This document shows positions 13,464-27,500 of a stretch of 64,000 bases of DNA, in pieces (position 1 is the stretch's first letter; each line of letters starts with the position of its first letter). The stretch is from Azolla caroliniana (Eukaryota; Plantae; Polypodiophyta), in assembly GCA_043228905.1 (NCBI GenBank), contig JBHGNT010000016.1, positions 4,402,001 to 4,466,000 on the forward strand. The letters are read 5' to 3'. Both the position numbers and the translations under genes were made by a program. The notes under the pieces are model-generated. The model saw only the letters and a program-made list of their open reading frames with translations. It ran no database searches and was not told the DNA's origin.

Positions 13464-13794
13464 TAGGAATTGGCAACGGTTTGATTTCCTTTACCAATTT
13501 GGTCTTGTCTGAACCAAACCAATTAAGCCTTAACTAGTTTGGGAGTTTTTAAACTTGAAGTGAGCCAATGCCTTGGTTAAGCCTAAGCCAATTTAGGAAC
13601 CAAACTAGCTTTCATTGGTTTGGCTCAAACTAGTTTGGTTTGGTTTGAGTCTTACCAAACTAAGCTCAAACCGGTTAAGGAAGCTCAAGTCTAAACTGAG
13701 TTGGGACTGAGTTGAACCCAACCCAACCGCCAAACAATTTAAAAATTGTTTAACGGCTTGGTTCAGGCTTGAGCCGAGCCATTGCCAACTCCTA
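13464..13794. mobile_element. hAT-like MITE (331 bp)
   Basis: TIRs TAGGAATTGGCAACGG / CCATTGCCAACTCCTA. Internal AACC/GGTT-rich motifs. The insert is absent from the homologous AT-rich segment near 14790-14810. The TSD is ambiguous. Related fragments surround it from about 13290 to 15480. Confidence 0.75.
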
Positions 13795-14704
13795 ATATTA
13801 TTATGAAGTTTTCATTTCAAACCCTTGCCCCTAACAGCTCTTTTAAGATTTAGTTTTCTTTTGAGTTTAAGGAAATCATCTTTCTTAATTAGTTGAAAAT
13901 AGAATGTACAATTGCCAATAATTCGGTTCAAGCCAAAAACTAAATCACAAAACCACAACTTAATGACTTAATAGTTCATGGATATCTTCAACCATCTTGT
14001 TTGAACTTGAGAATCACTCAATTGTTTTGATTTAAATGGTTTCAATTGAAATCTTTCGTTGTTCGGTTTGGTTTAAGTTTCAAAACTTTTGAAATCTTTT
14101 GAGTTTGAGACTCCCACAAACCCAACCATAGCCAATTACTATTCTTGTTTACATGTTTATTTAGATATCCAAACAATAAAGACAACCTCGATGTGACATA
14201 ATATAAAAATGCAATGTATTTTAGCAAGAAATCTCTTGTTTGTTTGTTTACTAGTATGAATTTGAAGCTAAAAAGCAACGTTTTATCTTATGTATGAATC
14301 AATTTCATTCAACAAGTTCTCGGTAAAATCCTACAAGTTTTGTTCGAGTTGAGGACTTTTGGAAAACTTGGAACATTTTGAAATTGCACAATTTGGGAAG
14401 TACATCCCATTAACACCCGCCACAAACGGGTGCAAAGCTAGAAAGCAATACATATGTTGTGGCTTCGTACAATGTTGAGAAAAACAATGTCAAGCATGGA
14501 TGTTAAAATAATTAGGAAATAACAATGGTTTGGTTTGAGCCGAATTAAACTTCAAAACCGTGGCTTTATGGATTACCCAATTCAGTTCAGGTTTGGAAAT
14601 ATGTAAGCTGTTTGGTTGGGGTTTGAGGAGTTCAATTTTAATCGGTTTCATTTAGTTGGAAGCTTTATTGGCTCTATGGCTTGACAGCTTAAGAGGTCAT
14701 TGGT

Positions 14705-15216
14705 TTAATGGTTAGGGGAACTATTCGGAAATATTTATTAAATATATAAATAAACTTTATGGATTATATATTATTATTATTATTATTACTCCAAAAATAT
14801 ATAATATTATTATGAAGTTTTAACTTTGAAATCTAGCCATTTATTTCAGGTTTAGTTTTATTGTCACCTTTTAAAAAATAACCCTTTCTTGAAAAGTTGA
14901 AAATTTGAGCGCACAATTGCCAACTAGTCAGTTCAAGCCAAAACAAAACCAAGAAACCACAACTTAATGGTTAGGGAAACTATTCGGAAATATTTATTAA
15001 ATATATAAATAAACTTTATAGATTATATATTATTATTATTATTCCAAAAATATATAATATTATTATGAAGTTTTAACTTTGAAATCTAGCCATTTATTTC
15101 AGGTTTAGTTTTATTGTCACCTTTTAAAAAATAACCCTTTCTTGAAAAGTTGAAAATTTGAGCACACAATTGCCAACTAGTCAGTTCGAGCCAAAACAAA
15201 ACCAAGAAACCACAAC
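14705..15216. repeat. ~255-bp near-identical tandem duplication
   Basis: Units start TTAATGGTTAGGG at 14705 and 14964 and end AAACCACAAC. Confidence 0.92.
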
Positions 15217-15779
15217 ATAACAACCCGATGACTTAAGGTTTATAGATGTCTTGAACTACATATTTGGTTTGAGCTTGAAAATTCCTCAAATGGTTTATAA
15301 CTAATGGAAGGAGTTTTTTTTGGAAAAATAAATAAATAAATCTTGAAATGGTGTGGTTTGAGCATTTTCGTTTCAAATGGGTTTAGCTCAAAATTTCCAT
15401 GGTTTCATTTAAGTTTCAAAAAATTTAAATGGTTTGATTTTGAGACTCTTGAGTTAAACTGAACCAAACCATTGCCAATTACTAGTGATAACATTACTCT
15501 AAAAATAAAAAGAATTTTACATTACTCTAGAAGCTACTTACTTGAGGAATAGTCTTTACGAATAAATTTGGTGCAAGTGCTCCAAACATGTTGCAGTAAT
15601 TGTCACAGTCATTAGAATAGAAAAAACATTTAAAAAGAATCTACTAATGTGCAAAAAACTTTAAAATATAAAAGAAGGCACTATAGTTTAGCAAAAATTG
15701 TGTCAAGTATCTTCTTGTATATACTAGTGAATTGTATAGGCCAACCATATAGACCAACATTAAATAATGCTAATAGTAA

Positions 15780-16620
15780 ATAGGGTTGTTACCCTTTGAG
15801 CCAGCTAGCATGTTACGAGCAAAGCACACAACTAGTACACATGTGCACTATGAAAAGATAAGAAATCTATTTATAGGCTTTTAAGATGGTGTAGTGGTAA
15901 AGTTGTTGCATTCATTTATGGATTGAAGTCTCAAGTTGCATGCCTTTGATGTTTTGTGGACTTCAAGAAATCCTTTGATATGGTACCAAGGAGTGAGCTT
16001 TGGAAAAGAATGATATAGAGCAGAATGCCTATAGAGTATTGAGCAGTTGTCACACAATTGTATGAGCAAGTTCGGGTAGGGGCCTATTGAAAATGGATTG
16101 TGGTTTCTTGGAGTACTTTTTGAGAAATAACGGGGGTCACGCATGGGTGCCCACCACTCATGCATTGAAAAACTTGAAGAAATAGTAAACAAGGTTGCAA
16201 AGAAGAATGATTAGATGGGTCAAAAGTCATGCATGAGCTTATTTTTATATTCCTATATGTTGATGATGTTTTATTCCACATGCTTTGGATGATATGCAAC
16301 AGTTACTTGATGTATTAAACATGTTCTTTCAAATAAGTGGGCTAGTTGTTAAGGTTGATAAAACAAAAATGATGGCAATAAAGGCATTATAGCCAAGACA
16401 CTACCCCCCACTTTTACATACAAGGGAGAAACAATACAAGTGGTGCAAAGCTTCAAATATATTGGTATTAATGTCCATCGACAAATAAGTGGAGTGTATT
16501 GAATAATCTGACTTGGCGCTTGACAATATGAAATGGTTTATGAGATGAGGGGTAAAAGATCTATTGGAGCTCTCAAGTGATCCTATGAAGCATATGATAA
16601 TCTAGGATAGATTATTAGAG
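15780..16620 (+). mobile_element. Decayed LINE (non-LTR) reverse transcriptase, 5' portion
   Basis: Motif remnants in order: FVDFKKSFDMVPR (~15955), GVTHGCPP (~16135), FLYVDDV (~16250), VKVDKTKMM, VVQSFKYIG. Many frameshifts. Confidence 0.8.
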
Positions 16621-16720
16621 ACATTAAGTGGGAATTGACAATGGTTCGGTTTCGGCTTAACCGATTTGGCCTTGTCCAAACCAAACCGGTTAAGCCTTAG
16701 CTAGTTTGGGAGTTTCCAAT

Positions 16721-17189
16721 TGTAAAGAATCAATGGTGATTCTTGTGTAGCGGAAGAGATGTGAGTTATGTGTGTATGTGTGAGAGAAGAGAGGAGAGAA
16801 GAGAAACACAAGATAGATAAGAGACAATATGAAGCACTCAAGAAGAAGAAGAAGGACATGTATATTAACAAGTAGAATATGAGATACAAAATAGCGTTAC
16901 AAGGAGTCACAACCAACTAAAAATGGAGTAGGAGGAGGGTGCTTTATATAGAGTCACCCTCTCTCTTCGTTTACTCACTACAACGTTCACTCTCTCACTA
17001 CCTTGAGGAATGTGAAGTCTTACGGTCATGGGGAATGTGGAACCCATTAGTTATGAGTCATAGAATATGAATCTATGACACATAGTTTAATGTGTAGAGA
17101 GTGGTGGTGTGACTCTTGACCTTTGGGTAATCATAGATTCTCAAAAGGTGTGTTCACACGTTGCTCTATGTTGAGCTTGATTCTCAACA
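16721..17189 (-). repeat. Copia-1 3' LTR
   Basis: Direct repeat of 32689-33157 with about 8 substitutions counted by eye. Confidence 0.97.
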
Positions 17190-20100
17190 CGCCCCCTCAA
17201 GCTCAACTCGGGTCGGCTTCTTTCGGTTGATGTCCGCTTCGGCTCGTATCCAGTTCGAACGATCTTCGGTGTCCGCTTTGGCTCGTACCCAATTTGGTGG
17301 GTATCCGATTCTCGCTTGTACTCCCCCTCAAGCTTGGCAAGTCCGGGATCGTCAATCCAAGGTCTGACATGAATTGTCGAAGCTTGTCGGCTCCTAGGGC
17401 TTTCGTGAAGATGTCGGCCATTTGAAGATTCGTGTTGATGTGTAGAAGGTCGACATCTCTGGCCTGAACATGCTCTCGAATGAAGTGATAGTGCACTTAG
17501 ATATGCTTCGTGGAACACCGGGTTCTGAGCCAAATGAATACTGCTCATGTTGTCGCAGTAAAGGGGAGTCGGATCCTTGATGGGGACGCCCAAATCCTTC
17601 AAAACCCTCTTGAGCCATACGGCTTCACATGCAGCTACGGTTGCGGCCCTGTATTCCGCCTCCGTACTTGAAAGAGCGACGGTAGGCTGCTTCTTGCTAC
17701 TCCACGAAATCGTTTTGCTGCCGAGGGAGAAGACGAATTCAGAGGTCAATCGTCGATCGGCTTTGTAGCCAGCCCAATCCGCATCTGTGTACCCTTCGAG
17801 CTGTATTGGTGTGTTTGATTTGTAGAGAATGTCGTAATCCATTGTTCTGCCCACATATCGTAATACTCGCTTAGCGCAATTGAAATGGATATCTCGCGGA
17901 GTTTGCATGAATTGGCTAAGGAGTCCGACAGGATAGCTGATGTCGGGTCGTGTGATCGTGAGATAGATGAGGCTCCCGATCAGTTGTCGATATTGAGTCG
18001 GCTCACATTCTTCCGCACCAGAGTCCGCATCCAATTTGAGGTTTCGATCGAGAGGCGCAACGATAGATTTGCACTCAGTCATCCCGAACTTGTATACTAA
18101 GTTGAGAATGTAGTGTCGTTGGGAGATCATAATGCCGACCGGAATCTAAATTACTTCGATGCCAAGGAAGTAGTGTAGCTCCTTCATGTCCGTCATCTCG
18201 AATTTGTTGGAGAGGAGGGACTTCACCTTGTTGATGTCGACTAAATGCTCACCCCCAATAACCACATCATCCACGTATAGGATGATGACAATTGGGCTTT
18301 TAGACTCGTTTCGTACATAGAGGGAGTTCTCGGATTTCGACATTCAGAAGCCGATTTGATGAAGATATTGCGTAATCTTCAAATGTCAAGCACACGGTGC
18401 TTGCTTGAGGCCGTAGAGTTGCTTCTTGAGTCGACATACGACTTTCGGATGGATGCTCGATTCAAAACCGGGTGGTTGTACCATGTACACCTCCTCTTCT
18501 AATTCGCCTTGAAGAAAGGCGTTCTTTACATCCATTTGATGAAGGTGCCACCCTTTCGCTGCGGCGAGTGCAATTACGGTTCGCATAGTCGTCATCTTTG
18601 CCACTGGGGCAAAAGTTTCTTCGTAGTCGACTCCATGCGTCTGTGTGTATCCTTTCACTACGAGCCGAGCTTTGTAGCGGTTGACGGAGCCATCGGCATT
18701 ATACTTCACCTTGTAGATCTATCTGCAGCCGATCGCCTTCTTGTGCGGTGAGTGGGGAACGAGATACCATGTATCGTTCTTGCATAGTGCACGCATCTCC
18801 TCATTCAATGCTTCGATCCATCGCGGGTCCTTTGCGGCTTCGGAAAAGGTTTTTGGCTCCCGTACTGTTGTCACCTTCATCATAAAGGCATAATGGTACA
18901 CCATATACCCTAAACCCTAAACCCTGAACCTTGACTTTTCTCAGGTGGATCAGCGTAGCTTCTCGTTTGAGGATTCTAAGGCTTCCTTCGCTCCATTCGT
19001 CCGGATGTCAAGGCCTTCGAACTCACTATCGAGGGAGTGAGTCGATTCGTTGCCGTTGAGGTGATCTTCTTCATACTCCAGCATTTTTGCCTTCCCCTTG
19101 TCCAACTTCGGACTCGGTCGAGATGTGCTTTGATTGCTCGGAGGCTCTTGTGGTTCGCTCAGTCGGGTCGTGATCGGACTTTCTTCGAATATGCGCGTGA
19201 TGCGATCTTCTATTTCTTGTCCGACGGATTCCAGGTTGAGAGGAATCGTAGTCGTAGTTGTCTCTGGTGCGTACCAAGATGCGGACTCGTCGAAGACTAC
19301 ATCTCGACTCACACGAACCTTCCGAGTTGAGGGGTTATAGCACTTGTAGCCCTTTTGCTCCAATGAGTATCCTATGAGGATACATTTCTCCGACTTCGGG
19401 TCGAGCTTTTGTCACTTCTCGTCAAGGATGTGCACGTACGCAATGGAGCCGAATATCTGAACATGTGATAGATCCGGCTTCTTTTCGTAAAACTTCTCGT
19501 ACGGTGTAAGGTCGTGCACGCCGGATGTCGTACACTGATTCATGAGATAGACCGTCGTGTTAGTCGCTTCCGCCCAATACGATTTCAGCATGTGCTTCTC
19601 GTTGAGCATTGCCCGCGCAACTTCGAGGATGTGTCGATTCTTCCTTTCGGGTACTCCGTTCTGTTGTGGCGTATGTCTACACGAAAACTCTTGTCGAATT
19701 CCTTCTTTCCGTAGAAAAGCCAAAAATTCGTCGGAGAAGTACTCGTTTCCTCCATCAGACTGAAGGCACCATGCGTGTCAACTCGTAGCTTTTTCGACTC
19801 CACTCTTGAATTTTTGGAAGTGTCCGAACACTTCGCTCTTTTGCTGCAACGGGTAGATCCATGTGTGCCTCGAGAAGTCATCGATGAAGGTTACATAGTA
19901 TCGGGATCTGCTGAATGTCGTTGTTTGAGCCGGTCCCCATACGTCGGAATGAATTACATCGAGTACGCCTTTGCTCACATTCCTCTCCTTCGGAAATGAG
20001 TGTCGATGTTGCTTGCCGAATTGAAGGTCGGGAGTCCGATGACGACTCCTTTTGATTGCATTGCCTTAAGCTTTTGAAGGCTGATATGGCCAATCCGCTT

Positions 20101-20629
20101 GTGCCATAACTCTATATCGGAATCGGCTTTCGTGCCTTTTGCGAACATGGCCGATTTTATCTCGTTTGACTCGAGGATAAACATTCGATCTTCCTTTTGA
20201 CCCCGAGCGATGAGTCGGCCTTCCTTCTTGATAAAGCAACCACCTTAGTTGAATCGTACTTGCATTCCTTGCTCCACAATTTGGCTGACGGAGACCAAAT
20301 TCTTCGTAATGGTAGGAACATGCAAGACATGTTTAATGTAGGTTTGCTTCCCTTCTTCTCCGAATGGGACATTGCCGATGTGTCGGATCGGATGCGTAGT
20401 GTCATCTCCGGTTTCGACATAGCCGGATCGCTCCGGCTCTCGAAGTTCTCGGAACCATTCTTGATGAGACGTCACGTTGTTTGATGCGTTGGAGTCGACG
20501 AACCATACATCTTCCGGATCGGAGGCACTAGTTGATGTAGATGCCGCCTGTTGTGGACAAGGCCGTCAATGCGGAAGTGCAAGCAACATTCGTGATGAAG
20601 AAGAACCTGTGTATGCGCATAAGCAAGAT

Positions 20630-20681
<52 letters not shown>

Positions 20682-23600
20682 GCACAAACAAATGTTGTAT
20701 TCCAATAGCAACAGTTACAAAACAACAACCAACCTTTACTAAAGGTTACAAAGTCACTATATATAGTGACTATCCTAGGGCAACTGCCCCTTTATGCTAT
20801 TTACAGAAATAGCCCAAACTCGGGTTGTCCAAAGGGACGGTGTGAATACGGCCATTATACACTCATATTCGACACTCTCCCGTAATGGGCGTATACATGG
20901 GTTATCTAAAGAATTACAAGTATATACAAGGTTTATCGGACAGATCAGTTTTGTTAGAGTGGGCAAGATCCGAAGACTGAAGACTGAACCGGTCAGGTTG
21001 GAAGGGTTGAAGCCAATCCTCAAAGAACTCATGTCGGTGGTCCGAAACCATCCTGTGTTGTGTGTCTGACTTTAACCGGACCTATTTTTCGTTACGCCCA
21101 TTTGGTGCCGAAGGGACCGGAAACGATCCGCCGAAAGACACTTGGTCATTCCATCTGCGAAATTATCGGTTGTGGATATCTTCTCTAGACCGATTTTCCC
21201 TAAAATGACGTAGTTCCGAACGAAGTGATATCGAACGTCGATATGCTTGGAGGCGTTGTGGTGAACCAGATTCTTTGACAAAGCAACAACACCTTGACTG
21301 TCGTTGTAGACAACTGGAACCGAGTCGGAGTCGACCTGTCGAAACGTGTGCGCTAGCCGATCGAGCCATAAAGCTTCTTTTGCCGTGTCAGACGCAGCTA
21401 CATATTCCGCTTCGGTCGTTGAGGTGGTTGTGCACTCCTGAAGTTTCGACTTCCACGAGATTGCTCCATTGCCGAATTTGAAACAATATCCGGTTGTTGA
21501 TTTCTGACTGTCCACACGGCCGGCGAAGTCCGAGTCCCTGAGGTTGAGTTCGGGCCGAAAAGAATGTCGTGGTCTTTTGTACCAGCTAGATATTTGAACA
21601 CATGCTTCACTTGGTTCCAGTGTGATCGGCCGGGGTTGTGTATGAATCTGCTAACGACTACTACGACGTGAGAAATATCAGGCTATGTCACGACCATCGC
21701 GTACATAAGGGAGCCGACTGCCCGTGCATACAGTACCGACTTCATATCTTCCCCCTCTGGGCCGGATGTTGGGCAGTCTCGCTGAGACAACCGAAGGTTA
21801 ATGGGGAGTGGGGTCGAAGCAGACTTGGCCGAGTGCATGTTGAAGCGTTCCAAGACACGTCCGATGTAGTCGGTTTGAGACAAGAAAAGTTGTCATTTAT
21901 CGCGATGCCGACTAATCTTCATACCAAGTATGTGTCTTGCTGGACCGAGGTCCTTCATGGCAAACTTCAACCGCAGTTTCCGAACGAGTTCGGTGAGCTC
22001 TCCCGCATGCCGACCGGAGAGTAGCATGTCGTCCACGTAGATGATGAGGAAGACGGGAGACCCGTCTTGAGTTGTTTTGGTGAAGAGACAGTGGTCCTCA
22101 TCGCTCTTTGAGAAGCCAACCGATTGGATGAAGTCGTCGAACTTCTTGTACCATTGTCAAGGTGCCTGTTTCAGGCCGTAGAGACTCTTCCTGAGTCGGC
22201 AGACTAGATGTTCCTAGCCGGATGCCACAAAGCATTTCGGCTTCTTCATATAGATTTCCTCCTGTAGGTCACCGTGGAGGAATGTCGTTTTTACATCTAG
22301 CTGAATCAGCTCCAAGTTGTTGGCGGCCACGATGCCGAGCATGAAACAATGGGTTGTCATTTTCACCACTGGTGAAAAGATTTCGTCGAAGTCGACGCCA
22401 TATTCTTGTCGAAAACCCTTCGCAACTAATCTGGCCTTGTACTTTGGGTTGGTCGAGTCAAATGTCTCTTTTAGTCGATAGACCCACTTACATGGAAGAG
22501 CACGTCGATTCTTCGGTAATTCGACCAAGTCCCAAGTCTTGTTTGCCCGAATGGAGTGCATTTCCAACTCCATCGCCAGATGCCATGTGGCTGAATCGGC
22601 AGATGCCGATGCTTCTTCGTAAGACGTCGGTTCGCCGACGTCGGTAAAGAAAATTCCCGGAGAGTACCTCTCCAGAGGTTGTGACAGTCTCTCGGATCTA
22701 CGAGGTATGACTGGACTAGTCGCACCGGGTGTTGATGTCGGATGGTCGGAAGCCGAGCCACTCGGTTGTGCTGAATCGGTGAATTCAATGCGGGAGGTGT
22801 CGGTTACCCATGAAACCAATCTCGTGTTGTGGGATGGGCCTTCATGAAGGGTTGGCACTTCGAAAAATATTACCCTTCGGACTTCAATAGGCCTTCCGGC
22901 CGTTTTATGAATAGCCGACTCATTGAACACAACGTCCAAACTTCAGACGATTTGTCTGTGCTCGGGGTCCTAGAGTCAGTATCCGATCTCACCGTCGGGT
23001 CCATACCCAAGGAAAATGCATTTCCTTGATCTTGGTTCGAGTTTTCGGCGATCGTCTTTCGGTATGAGGGCGTATGCCTTGCAACCGAAGATCCTCAGCT
23101 TGTCATAATTCGGCTTAGTGGCGGTCCATATTTCCTGAGGTATTTGAAGTCCTAGAGGTCTACTTAGCGACATATTTATTATGTGTACTACTGTAAGTAG
23201 AGCCTCCGCCCAAAAGTCATCCGACAGTCCGGAGTATTGGAGCATGGATACTATGCGTTCCTGAATCGTCTAATTCATGTGTTCTGCAATTCCGTTCTGC
23301 TCTAGACTATAAGGTGTCGTATATTCACGTCGAATGCAGTGTTCCCGGCAAAATTTGACGAATTCTTCAGACTTGAATTCTCCTCCGTTGTCGGTTCAGA
23401 GACATTTCAGTTTCCGACCGGTCTGATTTTCGACCATTGCAAGCCATTCGGAGAAGATCGAGAACACCCGATCTTTGGTTCTGATGGGGTAAGCCCACAC
23501 CTTCTGAGTTGAGTCGTCAATAAAACTGACGAAGTACGAAGCACTACCAAGAGACTGATGTGGCATCAGGCCACAGACGTTTGAGTGGACCAAATCGAGG

Positions 23601-24571
23601 GGACTCGATTCTCTTGGTGCTGATGTCGGGTGTGATATGGTTACCTGTTTGCCGTACTGGCAATGCTCACAGAATTTGTGATCCAAGAAGGAGAGCTTGG
23701 GGATGTAACCGGCTCTGGATAGGTGCATTATGCCGGCCTTCCTGAGGTGTCCAAGTCGTCCGTGCCATAACGATGACACGGGAATATCGACCAAAAACAA
23801 GTCACCCTCTTTGAGTGTGACATATAAAGGGTACAAGGAATGTACCTTTAGTCCTCGAGCAAGCAGGAGGTTCCCTTTGTGGAGTGTCCACCCTCTTGAT
23901 GAGAACCCGGCACGGATGCCAGCTTCGTCAAGTTGTCTGACTGAGATCAAGGGTTTTGAAAGCTCAAGAACGTGTCTGACGTTGTGTAATACGAGTGTAG
24001 AGCCACCCGGAAGGTTGAGCTCTACAGTGCCGATTCCGATTATGGCACAATGTTGCGAGTTCCCAACTCGAACTAAGTCGGAGTGCCGGTCCGAGTATTG
24101 CCGAAACTAAGATCGGTGAGGTGTCACATGATACGACGCGCCCGAGTCTAGGAGCCATGTCCTCGATTCCTCAGTCGTAAGCAGAACTTCTGATTCGATC
24201 GGGTTCTCTATGGACAATATGTTCGGGCGAGGAAGTGAGAAGAGGAGAGAGAGAGAGAAATAGGATGATGACAGCAGCTCTTATATTATATGAAAGATAA
24301 GTACAAATCGGCTAAGAGGCTTAAGACTGGTGTTGAACCAATTTGGTTCAAAACAATGCCTTGTGCCTCCTTTTATAGTGTTTTTAGGAATAATCCTGAA
24401 GCTTCTAGAATGTTCCAGAGAGATCTGGAATATACATCAATTTTCTATGATAAAGCATAAATGAAAATAATATCCTACAAAATACAATTCATAGTCTAAT
24501 GGTAAGAGCTCGACCCATGTAGCATAAGGTCATGGGATCGAGTCTTGCCATATCATGACACTATCTCCCCC

Positions 24572-27500
24572 TTAAAGACGACGAGTGAAACGAGTCGGCG
24601 CTAATTGCGGACCAGGTTTGTCCGGATACTTTCGGTGGAAATCAGCAAGAAGATCTTGTGCATTGGCAACATGCTCGACGGGTTCCCAAGTACGTTCGCT
24701 CGGACTATAACCGAGCCAATCAACCAAGTAATAAAGTTTGTTGCGAACAAGTTTGGAATCGAGGATGGTAGCAACTTCATACTCCGGGCCGGCGTCCAAC
24801 TCCAGCGGGGGCGGCGGTGGTGTCACACGATCGGGAATGGTGTTTGCTTTATAAGGTTCAAGAAGAGAACAATGGAAAACCGGATGTATTTGAAGCTGCG
24901 GAGGGAGATCAAGGCGGATGGTGACATCATTAATCTTCCCCGTAATACGGAAAGGACCAAGTCGTCGATAATCCAACTTGTCGCATGGTCGAGTAGTCTT
25001 GATGTGACGACATAAGAGCCATACTCGATCTCCGATGGCAAAAGAGGAGGGAATCCGATGACGATCCGCATAAGTCTTCTGTGTGTGTTGAGCATGACGA
25101 AGGTGAGTAGAGAGATCCATCTGGATCTTGTGTAGCCTCTCCAAATGATCCTCGGCACGAGGGTTGGTAGGTAGCTCCGGAGTGTCGATCACCGACCAGC
25201 GAGGATGGAAACCGGTATAAGTGAAAAATGGGGAGACCCGAGTCGAGGAGTGAATAGCATTATTATACACAAATTCCGCAAAGTGGAGAATCTCGGCCCA
25301 ATCGTCCTGTTGATAACTCAGGAAACACCGGAGATATTGCTCCAGCGTTTGGTTTGTTCGTTCCGCCTGTCCGTCGGTCTGAGGATGGTAGCCGAAGGAG
25401 AGGTTGCAGGAGACCTTGAGCATCTTGAAGAGATGCTGCCAAAATTTGGAGACAAATTGCTGGCCTCTGTCACTGATAATACTGTCTGGGAGGCCATGAT
25501 GCCGAAATACCTCACGCATGACAAGAGCGGCGGTTTCCTCGCTAGTGATGGCTTTAGTACATGGCACAAAATGTGCCATCTTCGTATATCGATCGACGAC
25601 GATTAGGATAGCATCGAACCCCTTCGAGACCGGTAGATCTGTGATAAAATCAAGACAAATAGACTGCCATGGCTTACTTGGAATCGGTAAAGGTTCCAAC
25701 AAGCCATATGGATGGTGTCGTGGCATCTTTGCTCGGAAGCAAGCATCACAGGTCCGAACGTAGTCGTCGACAAAACGGCGCATGTGGGGCCACCAAAAAG
25801 ATCGTTGCACTAGCTCCAACGTCTTAGTACTACCGAAATGTCCCGCCGTATGGGTGTCGTGACAATGTTGGACGATTTGAAGGCGACATGAGCAATCGGG
25901 GACATATACACGCTTTTTAAAGAATAACAAACCATCATGATATTCGAATTGTCGATAGTCAATACCTGGTTGTTGAGACTGAGAACAGGATGCCCGAGAA
26001 GTATCAATGTGCGCCAGGATGTCTTGAGCAAAACTATCCGTCTTCAAGGTTGCACGTATGTCATCGGTAATCCGTGAATCCATCGGGGTGTGAAAAATCC
26101 GCGTCGTGTGCAATCGTGTTGGTCCCAAGATTACTTGCTTTTGATTATCAAATGTTGCGTCACCAGGACGAGGTGCAAGATATGAACGTCGTGATAGTGC
26201 ATCTGCTTTTCCTTGCTGCTTCCCCGGTCGATATGTGATTTTGAAGTCGAAACGCGTGAGGAATTGCGCCCACCGAGCTTGCCGTCGATTTAGTACGCGA
26301 GCGTTCTGAAAATAAGCAAGATTTTTATGATCGCTAAAGACAATGACCTGATGTGGAGAGCCCTCCAAGAAATGCCGCCATTGTACAAATGAATCCACGA
26401 TGGCTAATAACTCCTTGTCATGTATTTCATAGTTGATTTCTGCGACATCGAATTTGCGCGAATGGAAAGCCACCGGATGCAACTCTTCTTTATCGCCTTG
26501 TTGAGAAAGGATGCTACCGAGGGCGAAATCAGATGCGTCGGCCTCCATGATGAATGGTTTGCTTGTATCCACATGAGCTAGAATCGGTGCTAATGTAAAG
26601 GCTTTCTTAAAATGCCGAAAAGCCATATCTGCTTTTATGGACCAAAGAAATGCTTGGCCCTTCTTCATAAGTTGTGTGAGAGGTAAAATAATCTTCGAGT
26701 AATCTTGTATAAACTTACGGTAGAAGTTAGCAAAACCTAGAAAACATTGTACATCTCATACCGACCGTGGAATTTGCCACTCTAGTACAGTTTGGATTTT
26801 AGCTGGATCCATGGCGATGCCCTTTGAGGAGATGACGTAGCCTAGAAATTCCACTTGCTTGCAGTCAAATCTACATTTTTCTAGCTTGGCATAAAGACCA
26901 TTCTCACGGAGTCGCTTTAGTACTAATAGTACATGAGAATCGTGCTCTTCCTGGGTCTTCCAATAAATCAACAGATCATCCAGATAAATGATCAAACAGA
27001 TATCCAAGAGGTCTCTGAATATATCATTTGCCATGTGTTGGAAGACTACGGGTGCATTGGTTAGGCCAAACGGCATAACAGTATACTCGAAATGCCCATA
27101 CCGTGTGCGAAAGGCGGTCTTCCACTCATCTCCCGGTCGGATCCGCACGAGATTATACGCTCCTCGTAGGTCGATTTTAGTAAAAAACTTGGCACCATTA
27201 ACTCGCTCTAAAAGACTTGATATAAGAGGAAGTGCATACCGATTCCGGATGGTGACTTTATTCAATCCGCGGTAATCAACGACAAGACGAAGTGAGCCAT
27301 CTTTCTTCTTGACAAAGAAGATGGGTGCACCGGCCGGAGATTTCGAATGGCGGATGAACCCGCTTGCCAAGTTCTCCTCTATGTAGGCTCGAAGGACTTC
27401 TAACTCGGTGGGTGACAAGTTGTAAATTGGTCCCCATGGTGGCTCGGTTCTTGGTTGTAAATCGATGGGACAATCATAGGGACGGTGATGAGGAAGGGTA

